Shown in pieces: positions 48,576 to 59,445 of a DNA stretch of 64,000 nt; positions within the stretch are counted from its first letter, which is position 1; the number at the start of each line of letters is the position of its first letter. A program made the translations under genes and the position numbers. Source of the DNA: Squalus acanthias (Eukaryota); contig CM059432.1 in NCBI GenBank assembly GCA_030390025.1, positions 14,820,001 through 14,884,000 of the forward strand. Reading direction: 5' to 3'. The notes under the pieces were generated by a model that worked only from the letters and a program-made list of their open reading frames with translations, was not told the DNA's origin and searched no databases.

Positions 48576-49722
48576 TGATCCTTTGTGAAGGAATAAGCCA
48601 TATAACCTATTCAGAAAAATACACCATTCTATGAAAGAATTCTGGCCTTATTAAAACATGACAAACTGGGTTTGGAAATCTAGAAACCTAACTATGAAAA
48701 AGCTGTGAAAGCATTCTGGCTATAGAGATAAGATAGTTGTTGACACTGAATCAATAACCTTATTGAAACAGAAGGTTAAAGGCTCCGGTAGGCTGAACCT
48801 TTCGGAATGAAACAATGGTTCACCCTGGACAAGGTGTTCTAATTTACACTTCGTAAAGAAGCACATAAAAGTAAGAAACATCTGCCTTCGTAAAAATGAC
48901 ATCAAGTAAAAAACACACCTGCCGTAACATTGTTTTTTATGGTAAACTTAGAACACCTAGAGAAGAGACATAATTCTGTAATGCTACCAGCTGAGGTGAC
49001 TGTAAGAATTGCAGGGGTCAGCAGAACAATGACTAGAGATAATTAGCTTACATCAGCAGAAAACCTTAAAGGAAATACCACTGGAAAAGGGTATAAATAT
49101 TGAACTCTCAAATGGGATAACAGACTTGCTTTAAAGGGGCAAAGCGATTCTCGGCTTCAGAGGCAGCTCTGTAAGTCTCCAACTCTTTGTACCTCGGGGA
49201 TGAAAGGTATTTGATTTTGGTGGATATCCTGAATAGAACTTTAAGAACTGTAAAACGGTAGCAAAGTTAAGATTTGACAGTAAGGTTCTCTGATAATAGA
49301 ATTGTAAGTTTTCTCTTTTTGGAACTGTTAATATTGCGATTGACTCACCAACTGTAAACTGCATGTCGGTTCTTTAATAAATCTATATATTTTTAGAATT
49401 GTCTCACATCAGACTTCTGTATCAAACTCGTGAACTCAATCTCTGTTCACTCTTTGGTGAGGAGTTGCAGAATTCTGAGGGAGTTTTCCGGACCCTCATA
49501 ATATCCAGAAGGTTACAGTCTAGCTAAACTTATTAAAAGTGCTATCTAGAGGACGGTATCATTTTCAGGTTGTTCCTTTCCTTTAGGGAAAGATAGTCCG
49601 GACCTTTAGACCCAATTAAACGTCTTTAGGATTCGGCTACCTCAAACTTTAGTTGAAAGTGAACATCTGAGGAATACGCCTGATCCGGGGTAGCCCTAAA
49701 GGGGCTAGGACTAGTAATTATC
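48576..49722. other. Foreign ~1.14-kb insert with rod-like self-complementarity (Obelisk/viroid-like circular RNA candidate)
   Basis: Interrupts the Harbinger arm between cagcaa and cttcacc...ccagctcttaaagg, which are contiguous in the 21438 MITE. At least 9 nested inverted stems, hairpins near 49135-49150 and 49699, no similarity to other repeats in the window. Confidence 0.6.
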
Positions 49723-49838
49723 CCTTCACCTTCACACTGGTTCCTTCCAGCTCTTAAAGGGGAGGTTGCATCATTGTGCAGATGCTCATTTTCAGCAATG
49801 CTGGCTTTGAGGCGACCTACGAGCGAGTGAATCCCCTG

Positions 49839-51612
49839 ATGGGTGTGGCTGTTCCCACTCCCAGGGAGAGAGCTCGTCGGTTCACAGACGTGGCATTGGT
49901 GGCTGGAGTAGAGCGAAGGAGGGCAGTGCTGTTCCTGGCCACTGGAAGGAGGCCATCACCTCAGGTGTTCAGGGCAATGTGGAGGGAAGTGGCCCAGGAG
50001 GTCTTGGCCAGTAGTGTGGTGGAACACAGCCTGACATAGTGCCGGAAGAAATTCAACAACCTCAGTCGGGTGGTCAAGGTGAGTACATGCTTCAACTGCA
50101 CCTGCACACCAGCATCTGAACCTCAGTCTGTGCACACTGCGCAAAGAACCACACCGCCACCACTCACCCACCAAACATCTTCACCCACTCAAACTCACAT
50201 CCACATCTCACGCCTTGTCTACAATCACAGCTATTCAACGATGGCAGGCATATCTCCCAAACACATAGCTGCACTCATTTGTTTCTCTTGCAGGCAAAGA
50301 TAGCCCACAATAGGAGGGAGCAGCAGAGAACAGGTGGGGGTAATGCGCAGCTCCAGCAGCTCTCAGACCTTGAGGAGCGAGTGCTGCAACTCATTGGGCA
50401 GCAGGTGGTGTGCGCCATAACTGTCGGCGATGTCAACCCCGTTGGGGGCAAAAACGGTATCTTCAGCCCCTCTCCTTCTCTCATCCCACTTCCCGCTCAC
50501 ACCACAAACCTTTCTCACTTTCCACCTCCTGATACTGTCTGCATTCCTTGCTCCATTCCTGCCCTCACCTTAACGCGAGTCTTGTGCCTTTACGCTTTCA
50601 GATAATCAGCAACCAGATGACCAGCCTGTCCCTGAGGCTCCCACTGAGAGTGAGGAAGGAGAAGAGGAGGAGGAACAAAGCACCGCGTCACTGCATCTCT
50701 CACCCGCAGGTGCCACCTCAGATACTGGCACTATGCGATCTTTAGAGGCAAGTTTAGTAGAGGGTTCTGCACAGGGTGAGGCACCGGGGACGAGCGGGCT
50801 GCAGCAAGGCCAGGGGGAAAGGGTAGCTTGGGAGCCAGCTCCCCGGAGGGCGAGTTCTGCTGCACAGGACTCAGATGAGGACCTCGATGGGGAGGTGTTC
50901 ACAAGAAGGGTGATGGCCATGCACACCGAGATGATAGATGCAATGACAAGGGTGCCCGAGAGCCTCTCGGCAATGGTAAGGAGCGTGGAGGAGTCCGCCT
51001 CCAACATTGCACAGAGTTCTACGCACACCCTGGAGCCCATAATTTCCACTTTGCAGAGGATAGTGGACTCCTAGAGAGATCGTGCGGATCCAGACCTCAT
51101 GACGCGTGTCATGGGCGATGTGGCAGCTTCCATTGCAACGTCTTAGTGCTGTTATGCAGTCAATGGTTGCTGCCATCGAGTCTCAGACTGCTCTTATGCA
51201 GTCTCAGCTTGATGCCACGAAAGATCTGACTGCTGCCATAGTCGTTGGGTGCATCACAGTCCACCGGGGATCTCATGGTGTCGCAGCAGCCCAGCAATCT
51301 GTGCTCCAGCAGATTGCTAGAGTTGCTGAGGTGCTGACCCGGGGCAGTAGAAGTGGGTCAGTGGAGCAGGAACCTGCTGTCCTCTCTCAGGATGACAGCA
51401 TTCCTGATTCCACCACTGCCACTCTGCCATTACACTTGTCGCTGCCTGTCATCCAGCCAGCCCAGACTGCTGCCGCCCAGTCTGAGGTGGTGCAGTCTAC
51501 AGCCAGGCCTTCTAGACCCAGAGCTGGTCCAGGGCGTCCTGCAAGGCCACCTGTAGTCTCTGGCACCGACACACAGCAGCCTTCCACCAGCCACTGTGGA
51601 GACACTACGTAG
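49839..51612 (+). pseudogene. Harbinger Myb/SANT-like DNA-binding protein, 3 exons (49839-50078, 50294-50456, 50602-~51612)
   Basis: RERARRFTD...WREVAQEV...CRKKFNNL then AKIAHNRREQQRTGGG, with GT-AG introns. Premature TAG at 50037 and 51072 and an apparent frameshift. Confidence 0.75.
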
Positions 51613-51841
51613 GAGCACGAGATTAGGAAAGGGGACTGTAAAGAGGGGAGGCAAGGGTTTGCATAAGGGTGATTAGTCAATATTGTTGTTGTATATATGT
51701 GGTTAATGGTTTTTGATAAATTTATTACTGGAATGTTGCAGACTTGGTGCTGTGCCCCATTTCACTTCTGTGATGTGGTATGGAATCACAAAGTGATGGA
51801 ATGATGGCGACGTGCTCAGCAACCGGAAAGAGGACTCGAAG

Positions 51842-52574
51842 TCACTTCAAAGCTGGAATAGAGCTGGCACACCGGTCTGGCGCAGGATGAAGGCATCGTG
51901 GCTGCTGCCAGGAAAAGTGGGCATTGACAGTCAGGATTCGCCGTGTGTGGTCGCACACCAACTGCACATTGAGTGAGTGATAGCCTTTGCGGTTACGGAA
52001 TATCTTAGGATTTTTATGCGGTGCCCGCAAAGCGACGTGGGTGCAGTCAATGGCATCCTGCACCATGGGGAAGCCCGCTATCCTGGCAAAGCCACATGCA
52101 CGCTTGCGCTACTTCTCTCTGGGGTCATGGGAAGGAAATATAGTCCCTTCTCCTTCTGTACAGTGCATCTGTGACCTGGCGGACGGAGCAATGGACAGCA
52201 AACTGGGAGATGTTGGAGATGTCGCTAGTCGCACACTGGAATGATCCGCTGGCATAGAAATTGAGAGCGACGGTGACCTTGACTGCCACTGAGAGAGCCG
52301 TGGTGGTCCTGATCTGAGGCTCGAGGTCTGGCTGCAGGAGGTGGCAGAGCTCTGTGACCACGTCCTTGCTGAAGCGGATGCTTCTAACACACTGGTCCTC
52401 AGTGAAATTCATGCAGGAAAACTGCTGCCAGAATAGCCAGGGTGGGTAAGGCCTCCTGTTGAGAGCCCTGTTGGCCCTCCTACCTCTGGCCACATTTTGC
52501 ACTCGTTCTCTGTGCCTCAGTTACCTCCGACATTGACGCTGGAGGGCGAGGTCCAGTGCCAGTACAGCCCCCAT
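51842..52574 (-). pseudogene. Harbinger (HARBI1-like) transposase, frameshifted and C-terminally truncated
   Basis: ALSVAVKVTVALNFYASGSFQ, DAIDCTHVALRAP, RNRKGYHSLNVQLVCDH and SHDAFIL motifs. Confidence 0.88.
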
Positions 52575-53024
52575 GAAAGGATACAAATATTGCACTTTCA
52601 AATCTCCCCTCAATGAAACTGAAGAATCTTGATGTGCCAGAACACTCGCTAAAATGCAAAATGCTCAAATCGGTCAAAAGGCCTCTTTGCCGATGTGAAA
52701 CTAACAACGCAGCATTATTGGCCGACGAAAACTAAACCGGATGTGGATGCCTTTAAATAGCGCTCCTCCAGGGGGCATCCGACTGAAAGCTGCCTCCTCT
52801 ACCTGTCGTTGTTAACGGCAGGCGCACAACTAGGGGGTGAGAGGGAATTTTTCATCCGGGGCGCTGCACATGGCAATGACATCACGACCTCTGGGTATCT
52901 TACCGTGGCCTCAAAACTCCCGCCGAATTTAGCAGGAGGCGTTGATATCGTCGCGCCTGGTCGCAAACCCATTTTGACCGCAAAATCCAGGCCAATAGCC
53001 CATAAGGTTGTTTGGCTCAGGATA

Positions 53025-53740
53025 CAACAACAGCAGCAACAACTTGTATTTATATAGCGTCTTAACATAGTAAAACATTACAAGGCGCTTCACAGGAGTA
53101 TTATAAGACAAAAAATTTGACACTGAGTCACATAAGGAGAAATTAGGGCAGGTGACAAAAAGCTTGGTCAAAGAGGTACTTAAAGGAGGAAAGAGAGGTA
53201 GCGAGGTGGAGCGGTTTAGGCTGGGAATTCCAGGGCTTAGGGCCTAGGCAACAGAAAGCACGGCCACCAATGGTTGAGCGATTATAATCAGGGATGCTCA
53301 ATGAGGGCAGAATTAGAGGAGCGCAGATATCTCGGAGGGTTGTGGGGCTGAAGGAGATTACAGAGATAGAGAGGGGCGAGGCCATGGAGGGATTTGAAAA
53401 CAAGGATGAGAATTTTGAAATCGAGGGGTTGCTTTACTGGGAGCCAATGTCGGTCAGCGAGCACAGGGGTGATGGGGGAACGGGACTTGGTGCGAGTTAG
53501 GACACGGGCAGCCGAGTTTTGGATCACCTCAAATTTACGTAGGGTAGAATGTGGGAGGCCAGCCAGGAGTGCGTTGGAATAGTCAAGTCTAGAGGTAACA
53601 AAGACATGGATGAGGGTTTCAGCAGCAGATGAGCTGAGGCAAGGACGGAGACGGGCGATGTTACGGAGGTGGAAATAGGCGGTCTTAGTTATGCTGCGGA
53701 TATGTGGTCGGAAGCTCATTTCAGGGTCAAATATGACACC
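53025..53740 (-). mobile_element. L2 LINE 3' fragment
   Basis: Highly similar to 36446-37150. FVTSRLDYSN and IQNSAARVL motifs. Confidence 0.88.
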
Positions 53741-55346
53741 ATCTCGCTTTCTGGATATTATAAGGATCCATGAAAGTCCATCTGATGAAATTATATGGCC
53801 TAGCTGCTGTAGTCATTAGCAGTAAAATTGACTCTTTCAAAAAGCTGTGATATTCATATGTAGCACTTTAATCACTGAAGCATTATTTGGATAGCAGCTA
53901 AATGCTCTCGAAACTCCTTACAGACCTGACTGAAAAAGACAGAGAAGTATATAACATATGAAAAAAGCTAGTTATGGTTTGAGATTATTTAATAACAAGA
54001 TTCTTCGTCTCAAAAATGAAAAGGTTGACTTATATCTAATTCTATTTGTTTGGTGATAATCTTATGAAGCTGTTGTACAGCAAGCCATGCGAGTAAATAG
54101 AACCCATTCATTCAGATTACTGGTGACTAAATGAAACCCCTATCACGGCCAAGGTTAATCTTTTGTGGAGGCTCATAGATATCGAGACCTTGTGTCTTTG
54201 ACTGGTTACTGAAAGATCTTTGTAAAGGATGGTTTTCGACTGTGTCCGCTGGCCGTTCTATTCAGTGAGTCAGGGCAGGACCCTGACAATACGCTGACTC
54301 ACTTACTGAAGAGATATGGCAGTCCTGTAACCCTGCCTTGGCTGTAAGCCATTAAATGTGCAGGCCTTTATATTGCTCCAGTATTCAAAATTTTACTAGA
54401 ATTTCAAAAGCAAGATGTGAACAATCTGCTTTTTCTTCATTTTTTGGAAATAAAGTAGCGGTGCCAAAATAAACACTGCACTTCTCTAAAGGCGGTTTGT
54501 GTTCCGATGGACAATGAATGCGTTTTCCCGCCGACATTACAGAAGTTCTGTGAATACAATGTAGTTGTCATAAAATTCCATATAAAAAAAAAAATCAAAA
54601 TAATAAACAAAATCAAAAGAGGGAAGATTTCCTTTGTGCTTTATGTATAATGGAATGGGCAATCCATTTGTAAAGAAAGAATTTATAATTTCATTACGCA
54701 CAGCACAGAGGAAATCTTCCCCGCTCTAAGGGAAGATAATGAGGTTCCAAATAACATTACTGTATCATGCATTCCAAAATACCCATAGTCGCCACTCAAA
54801 TTTATTTTTCATTTAAATGTTGCCATCAGTCCTGTTATTCTCCGCCACCACTCTCTACAGCTGACAATTTTTTTTAGTTGCAACACAAGTAAAGCCTATT
54901 GCAGTGCCATTCAGGAAGTAGTTTGCCTCTTAAAAGCTAAATTTCTTCCTGACGTGTTGGCCTCTGGACTGGCAGATGTTGGGAGCTCTTTCCCTGTTGT
55001 CCTTTCACAGTGGGAGGAGCAGCGATACAGCATTAGATTTGATGCAGCAGCTCAGCAATGCAGCTCTCCCCTGTGGTAGCAGACAGGAGGTGCTCATAGT
55101 CTGCAGCTACACAGGAAGGAGAACGGCTCTCGGAGGTGACCAGTCCCAAAACTTTGAATAAGTCACTGACTTATGCCAAGTTCTCATCAGGAAACGACAG
55201 ATCTGGTGCCACAGTGAAAATATTTCAAATTCCCGATGATGGTTTCTTTCTTTCCCTTTAATGAAGTCAACTTCTGCACCATGAAAATCAAGATAACGAT
55301 GAAAGTTCAGTCCTGGGAAGTGGAATACTTCTTACACTTGTTAAAC

Positions 55347-55613
55347 GGCCCTGATTTCAACTCCAGGTGGATTCCCCCGCTCAGGCCTGAGTTAAAGTTA
55401 CAGTCGGGTCTCAATGATGTTGTTGGACCGCAACATGCATAAGTAAAGAAGGATCCTGTTGGCTCCGGGCGTGTGTCCTTGCTGCCTGCTCAGGAGAGCG
55501 GGTTAAAATTGCAGCTGTCGCGATCATGGTGGCTTTCGGACAGGTGAGAGTCAGGGCGATTTGAACTGCCCACCCGCCAGGCTTCTGCTGAGTGAGTAGG
55601 GTTAAAATCGCCC
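55347..55613. mobile_element. Short MITE, same family as 62612-62884
   Basis: ggccctgatttcaactcc ... gggttaaaatcgccc, with the internal sequence shared between copies. Confidence 0.7.
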
Positions 55614-56329
55614 ACCACCGCCCCCCCACCCATACGTCAGGACATAGAATAAAGCTCATCTATTTTACCCCAACTATATACCACACCACCAACCTTAGAG
55701 CCTCTATTTTACCTCAACTATATACTAAAACACCACGCTCTACTGCACCAGTGTGATATTTTACAATTCCCACGCAGCAATTTTCATGGTTCTCTAGGTG
55801 AGATTGCCAACTTAGTGTCCACCAGTGTCAGTTTTGTTCTGTAAACTCATGTCTATTAGGAATTGGGGTTGAGATTGTCTAAACAAACTTCACAGAGGAT
55901 TCTGACCGCCAGGAAGCCAAGACACTTTCATGTCATCAGTCTGGGCTAGGATTTGAACCCATGGCTCGGCAGTGAGAGGCAGTCATGCCACCATCTAATA
56001 GCCCATACCTGAATGAGCCATGTACAAAATACTTATTATTTCACTGTGGCGCTCATGTTTGATACTTTGTTTGGAGTTTCACATGACACCTAGATCATTG
56101 GCACTAGCGGTAAGCCATAACTCCACACAAGGTCTATAAGAAGCAGGGTAACACAGCTACTTCTTATCTATACGATACAGATTGGACTTCACTATACACA
56201 AGCCAGATACTGAAGAAATATTCTCACTTCTGCAACCCGAGAGTAAAGCACTTGTACTTTAATAAACAGCAGCTGGTTTATTACAAGGAGACACCCACTC
56301 CCAATTCCTTTCCTTATTATAGCTATTAA

Positions 56330-57658
56330 GTGAATAAGGAAAGCAGAAGAGCTTTCTTCCTTGAACAGAGGCCCAACCAGTCCCCATCCACCACCACCCT
56401 CCTCCGCCTGGCTGAACTTGTTCTCACATTGAACAACTTCTCCTTTGACTCTACCCATTTCCTCCAAATTAAAGGTGTTGCTATGGGTACCCGCATGGGT
56501 CCTAGCTATGCCTGCCTTTTCGTGGGATATGTGGAACACTCTTTGTTCCAGTCCTACTCGGGTCCCCTCCCTCACCTCTTTTTCCGGTACATTGATGACT
56601 GTATCGGTGCCGTCTCCTGCTCTCGCCCTGAACTAGAACATTTCATTCACTATGCTTCCAATTTCCACCCTTCCCTCACCTTCACATGGTCCATCTCCGA
56701 CTCTTCCCTTCCCTTCCTCAACTTCTCCATCTTCATCTCTGGGGATAGGTTATTGACTAACATTCACTACAAGCCCACCGACTCCCACAGCTACCTGGAC
56801 TACACTTCCTCCCACCCCGCCTCCTGTAAGGACTCTATTCCATTCTCCCAGTTTCTCCGTCTCCGCCGCATCTGCTCTGATGATGCCACCTTCCATACCA
56901 GTGCTTCCGACATGTCTTCCTTTTTCCTCAACCGAGGATTCCCCTCTACCGTGGTCGACACGGCCCTCGACCGTGTCCGTTCTATCTCCCGCACATCTGC
57001 CCTCACCCCTGCCCCTCCCTCCCGGAACCACGATAGGGTTCCCCTTGTCCTCACCTTTCACCCCACCAGCCTCCACATTCAACGGATCATCCTCCGCCAT
57101 TTCCGCCACCTCCAGCGTGATCCCACCACCAAACACATCTTCCCCTCACCTCCCCTTTCAGCATTCCGTAGGGACCGCTCCCTCCGCGACACCCTAGTCC
57201 ACTCCTCTACCACCCCCAGCACCCCTTCCCCTTCGCCCGGCACCTTCCCGTGCACGCGCAGGAGATGTAACACATGCCCTTATACCTCCCCTCTTCCCAC
57301 TGTCCAGGGCCCCAAACACCCCTTCCAGGTGAAACAGCGATTTACTTGTACTTCCTGCAATTTAGTATACTGTATTCACTGCTCACGATGTGGACTCCTC
57401 TACATTGGGGAGACCAAACGCAGATTGGGTGACCGCTTTGCGGAACACCTCCATTCAGTCCGTAAGGGGGACCCCGAGCTCCCGGTGGCCTGTCACTTTA
57501 ATTCACCGCTTCACTCCCACTCTGACCTCACCGTCCTCGGCCTATTACACTGTTCCACGGAAGCTCAGCGTAAGCTCGAGGAACAGCACCTCATCTTTCG
57601 TTTAGGCACGCTACAGCCCTCTGGACTCAATATCGAGTTCAACAATTTTAGATCATAA
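56330..57658 (+). CDS. Penelope RT C-terminal half plus GIY-YIG endonuclease (uninterrupted; native start lost)
   Basis: 442-codon open frame with GVAMGT, RYIDD, KPTD, YIGET, RFAEH and GLN motifs. Confidence 0.8.
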   Translation: MNKESRRAFFLEQRPNQSPSTTTLLRLAELVLTLNNFSFDSTHFLQIKGVAMGTRMGPSYACLFVGYVEHSLFQSYSGPLPHLFFRYIDDCIGAVSCSRPELEHFIHYASNFHPSLTFTWSISDSSLPFLNFSIFISGDRLLTNIHYKPTDSHSYLDYTSSHPASCKDSIPFSQFLRLRRICSDDATFHTSASDMSSFFLNRGFPSTVVDTALDRVRSISRTSALTPAPPSRNHDRVPLVLTFHPTSLHIQRIILRHFRHLQRDPTTKHIFPSPPLSAFRRDRSLRDTLVHSSTTPSTPSPSPGTFPCTRRRCNTCPYTSPLPTVQGPKHPFQVKQRFTCTSCNLVYCIHCSRCGLLYIGETKRRLGDRFAEHLHSVRKGDPELPVACHFNSPLHSHSDLTVLGLLHCSTEAQRKLEEQHLIFRLGTLQPSGLNIEFNNFRS

Positions 57659-58072
57659 CCTCAGCTCCAATCACATTTATATTTTATTTTATCCACCCTT
57701 TTATTTGTCCCCCCCCACCTTTTTTTTCCTCCTAGAAGCTGGCAGCTGTCCTTCATTCTGCCAGTGGATTTCACACTTCATTCAGCCTTAATCTGTCACA
57801 TTAACACCACCTCTAGCCTTGCATATCTCTTAATGTCTCTTAATGTCTCTTCATCTCCCCCTTTGTTGCTTTATCCCCTCCCCCTTTTCCCAGCTTTACC
57901 CTGGCCTTAAATCTATTTGATTTCCGGCTCTTCCCAGTTCTGATGAAAGGTCATCGACCTGAAACGTTAACTCTCTTTCTCTCTCCACAGATGCTGCCTG
58001 GCCTGCTGAGTTTTTCCAGCGTTTTCTGTTGTTATTTCGGATTTCCAGCATCCGCAGTATTTTGCTATCGTA
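56352..58072 (+). mobile_element. Penelope-like retroelement, 5'-truncated
   Basis: RT motifs QIKGVAMGT and FRYIDD, GIY-YIG CIHC..LYIGET, terminal repeat carrying a hammerhead core. Confidence 0.92.
57933..57985 (+). ncRNA. Minimal hammerhead ribozyme motif of the Penelope element
   Basis: CTGATGA-aggtc-atc-gacct-GAAAC-GTTAAC: catalytic core, stem II and palindromic stem III. Confidence 0.65.
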
Positions 58073-58097
58073 TAAGCAGAAGAGCTTCCTCAATTGT

Positions 58098-59445
58098 TCC
58101 AGTACACTAACATCAGTGGTGGGTAAAGTTTTAGAAACAATAATCAAGGAAAAATTTAACATGGATTTGTAAAAGGCAGATCGTCTTTGACTAATCTAAT
58201 TGAATTTTTTGATGAAGTAACAGAGAGGATTGATGAAGGGAATGCAATGGATGTTGTCTACATGGATTTTAGGAAGGCGTTTGACATGGATTTTAGGAAG
58301 GCATTTGACAAAGTACCACATAGAAGGCTGGTTAACAAAATTGAGGCTCATGGAATAGGTGGGTCAGTGGCAGCTTGGATAAGGAATTGGCTTAAGGACA
58401 GAAAACAGCGAGTTGTGGTAAATAGCTGTTTTTCAAACTGGAGGATGGTAGACAGTGGTGTTCCCCAAGGGTCAGTGCTGGGGCCACTGCTTTTTTTGAT
58501 ATATATAAATGACCTGGATATTGGAATTTGCCGATGACACCAAACTTAGGGGTGTGGCAAACAGTGAGGATGATACCAATCGACTGCAATAGGACACAGA
58601 AAGGCTAGCAGAATGGGCAGACAAGTGGCAGATGGAATTTGATACAGAGAAGTGTGAGGTGATGCATTTTGGCAGAAGGAACAGGGAGAGGCAATATACA
58701 CTTAATGGCACAGTTTTAAAGAGTGTGCAGAGACAGAGGGACCTGGGAGTTAATGTGCATAGGTCCCTGAAGGTGGCAGGATATATTGAGAGAGTGGTTA
58801 GCAAAGCATATGGGATCTTGGGCTTCATAAATAGAGGTGTTGAGTACAAAAGTAGAGAAGTTATGCTGAACCTTTATAAAGCGCTGGTTAGGCCACAACT
58901 GGAGTATTGCGTCCAGTTCTGGTCACCACACTTTAGGAAGGATGTGAAGGCCCTTGAGAGGGTGCAGAGGCGATTTACCAGAATGGTTCGGGGGATGGAG
59001 GATCTTAGCTACAAGGACAGGTTGGAGAAGCTGGATTTGTTTTCATTAGAGCAAAGGAGGTTGAGGGGTGATGTGATAGAGGTGTACAAGATTATGACGG
59101 GTTTGGATAGGCTAGACGGGGAAAGGCTGTTCCCACTAGTTGATGGTACAAAGACTAGGGGACGCAGATTTAAGGTTTTGGGCAAGAGATACAGGGGGGG
59201 ATGTGAGGAAAAACTTTTTTACGCAGCGAGTGGTGAGGACCTGGAATTCGCTGCTGACGGAAGTGGTGGAAGCGGAGACACTCAATGTTTTTAAGGGGAG
59301 ACTGGATAGGCACTTGAGGGAAATAAACTTGCAGGGCTACGGGGATAGAGCGGGGGAATGGGACTGACTGGATTGCTCTACAGAGAGCCGGCATGGACTC
59401 GATGGGCCGAATGGCCTCCTTCTGTGCTGTTATGACTTCATGACT
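58098..59445 (+). mobile_element. CR1 LINE RT and 3' end
   Basis: [24 protein letters not shown] and LVRPQLEYCVQFWSP motifs, frameshifted, with 3' tail. Confidence 0.9.

Larger units (their letters stand above)
48357..52993. mobile_element. Decayed PIF/Harbinger transposon (Myb/SANT gene and transposase, convergent)
   Basis: Ends homologous to the MITEs at 21438 and 1-580. Contains both canonical Harbinger genes. The terminal TIR match is imperfect, so the boundaries are approximate. Confidence 0.8.

Noticed and set aside
48600..49720. NUMT or mitovirus RdRp fragment
   Set aside because: TGA=Trp alone does not open a long frame, and no mitochondrial gene or RdRp GDD motif was recognised.
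49667..49720. Hammerhead ribozyme in the foreign insert
   Set aside because: CTGAGGA is present but no correctly placed GAAA and stems could be identified by eye.
58259..58308. In-frame 24-bp duplication (MDFRKAFD twice)
   Set aside because: Ordinary slippage duplication in a dead CR1 copy.
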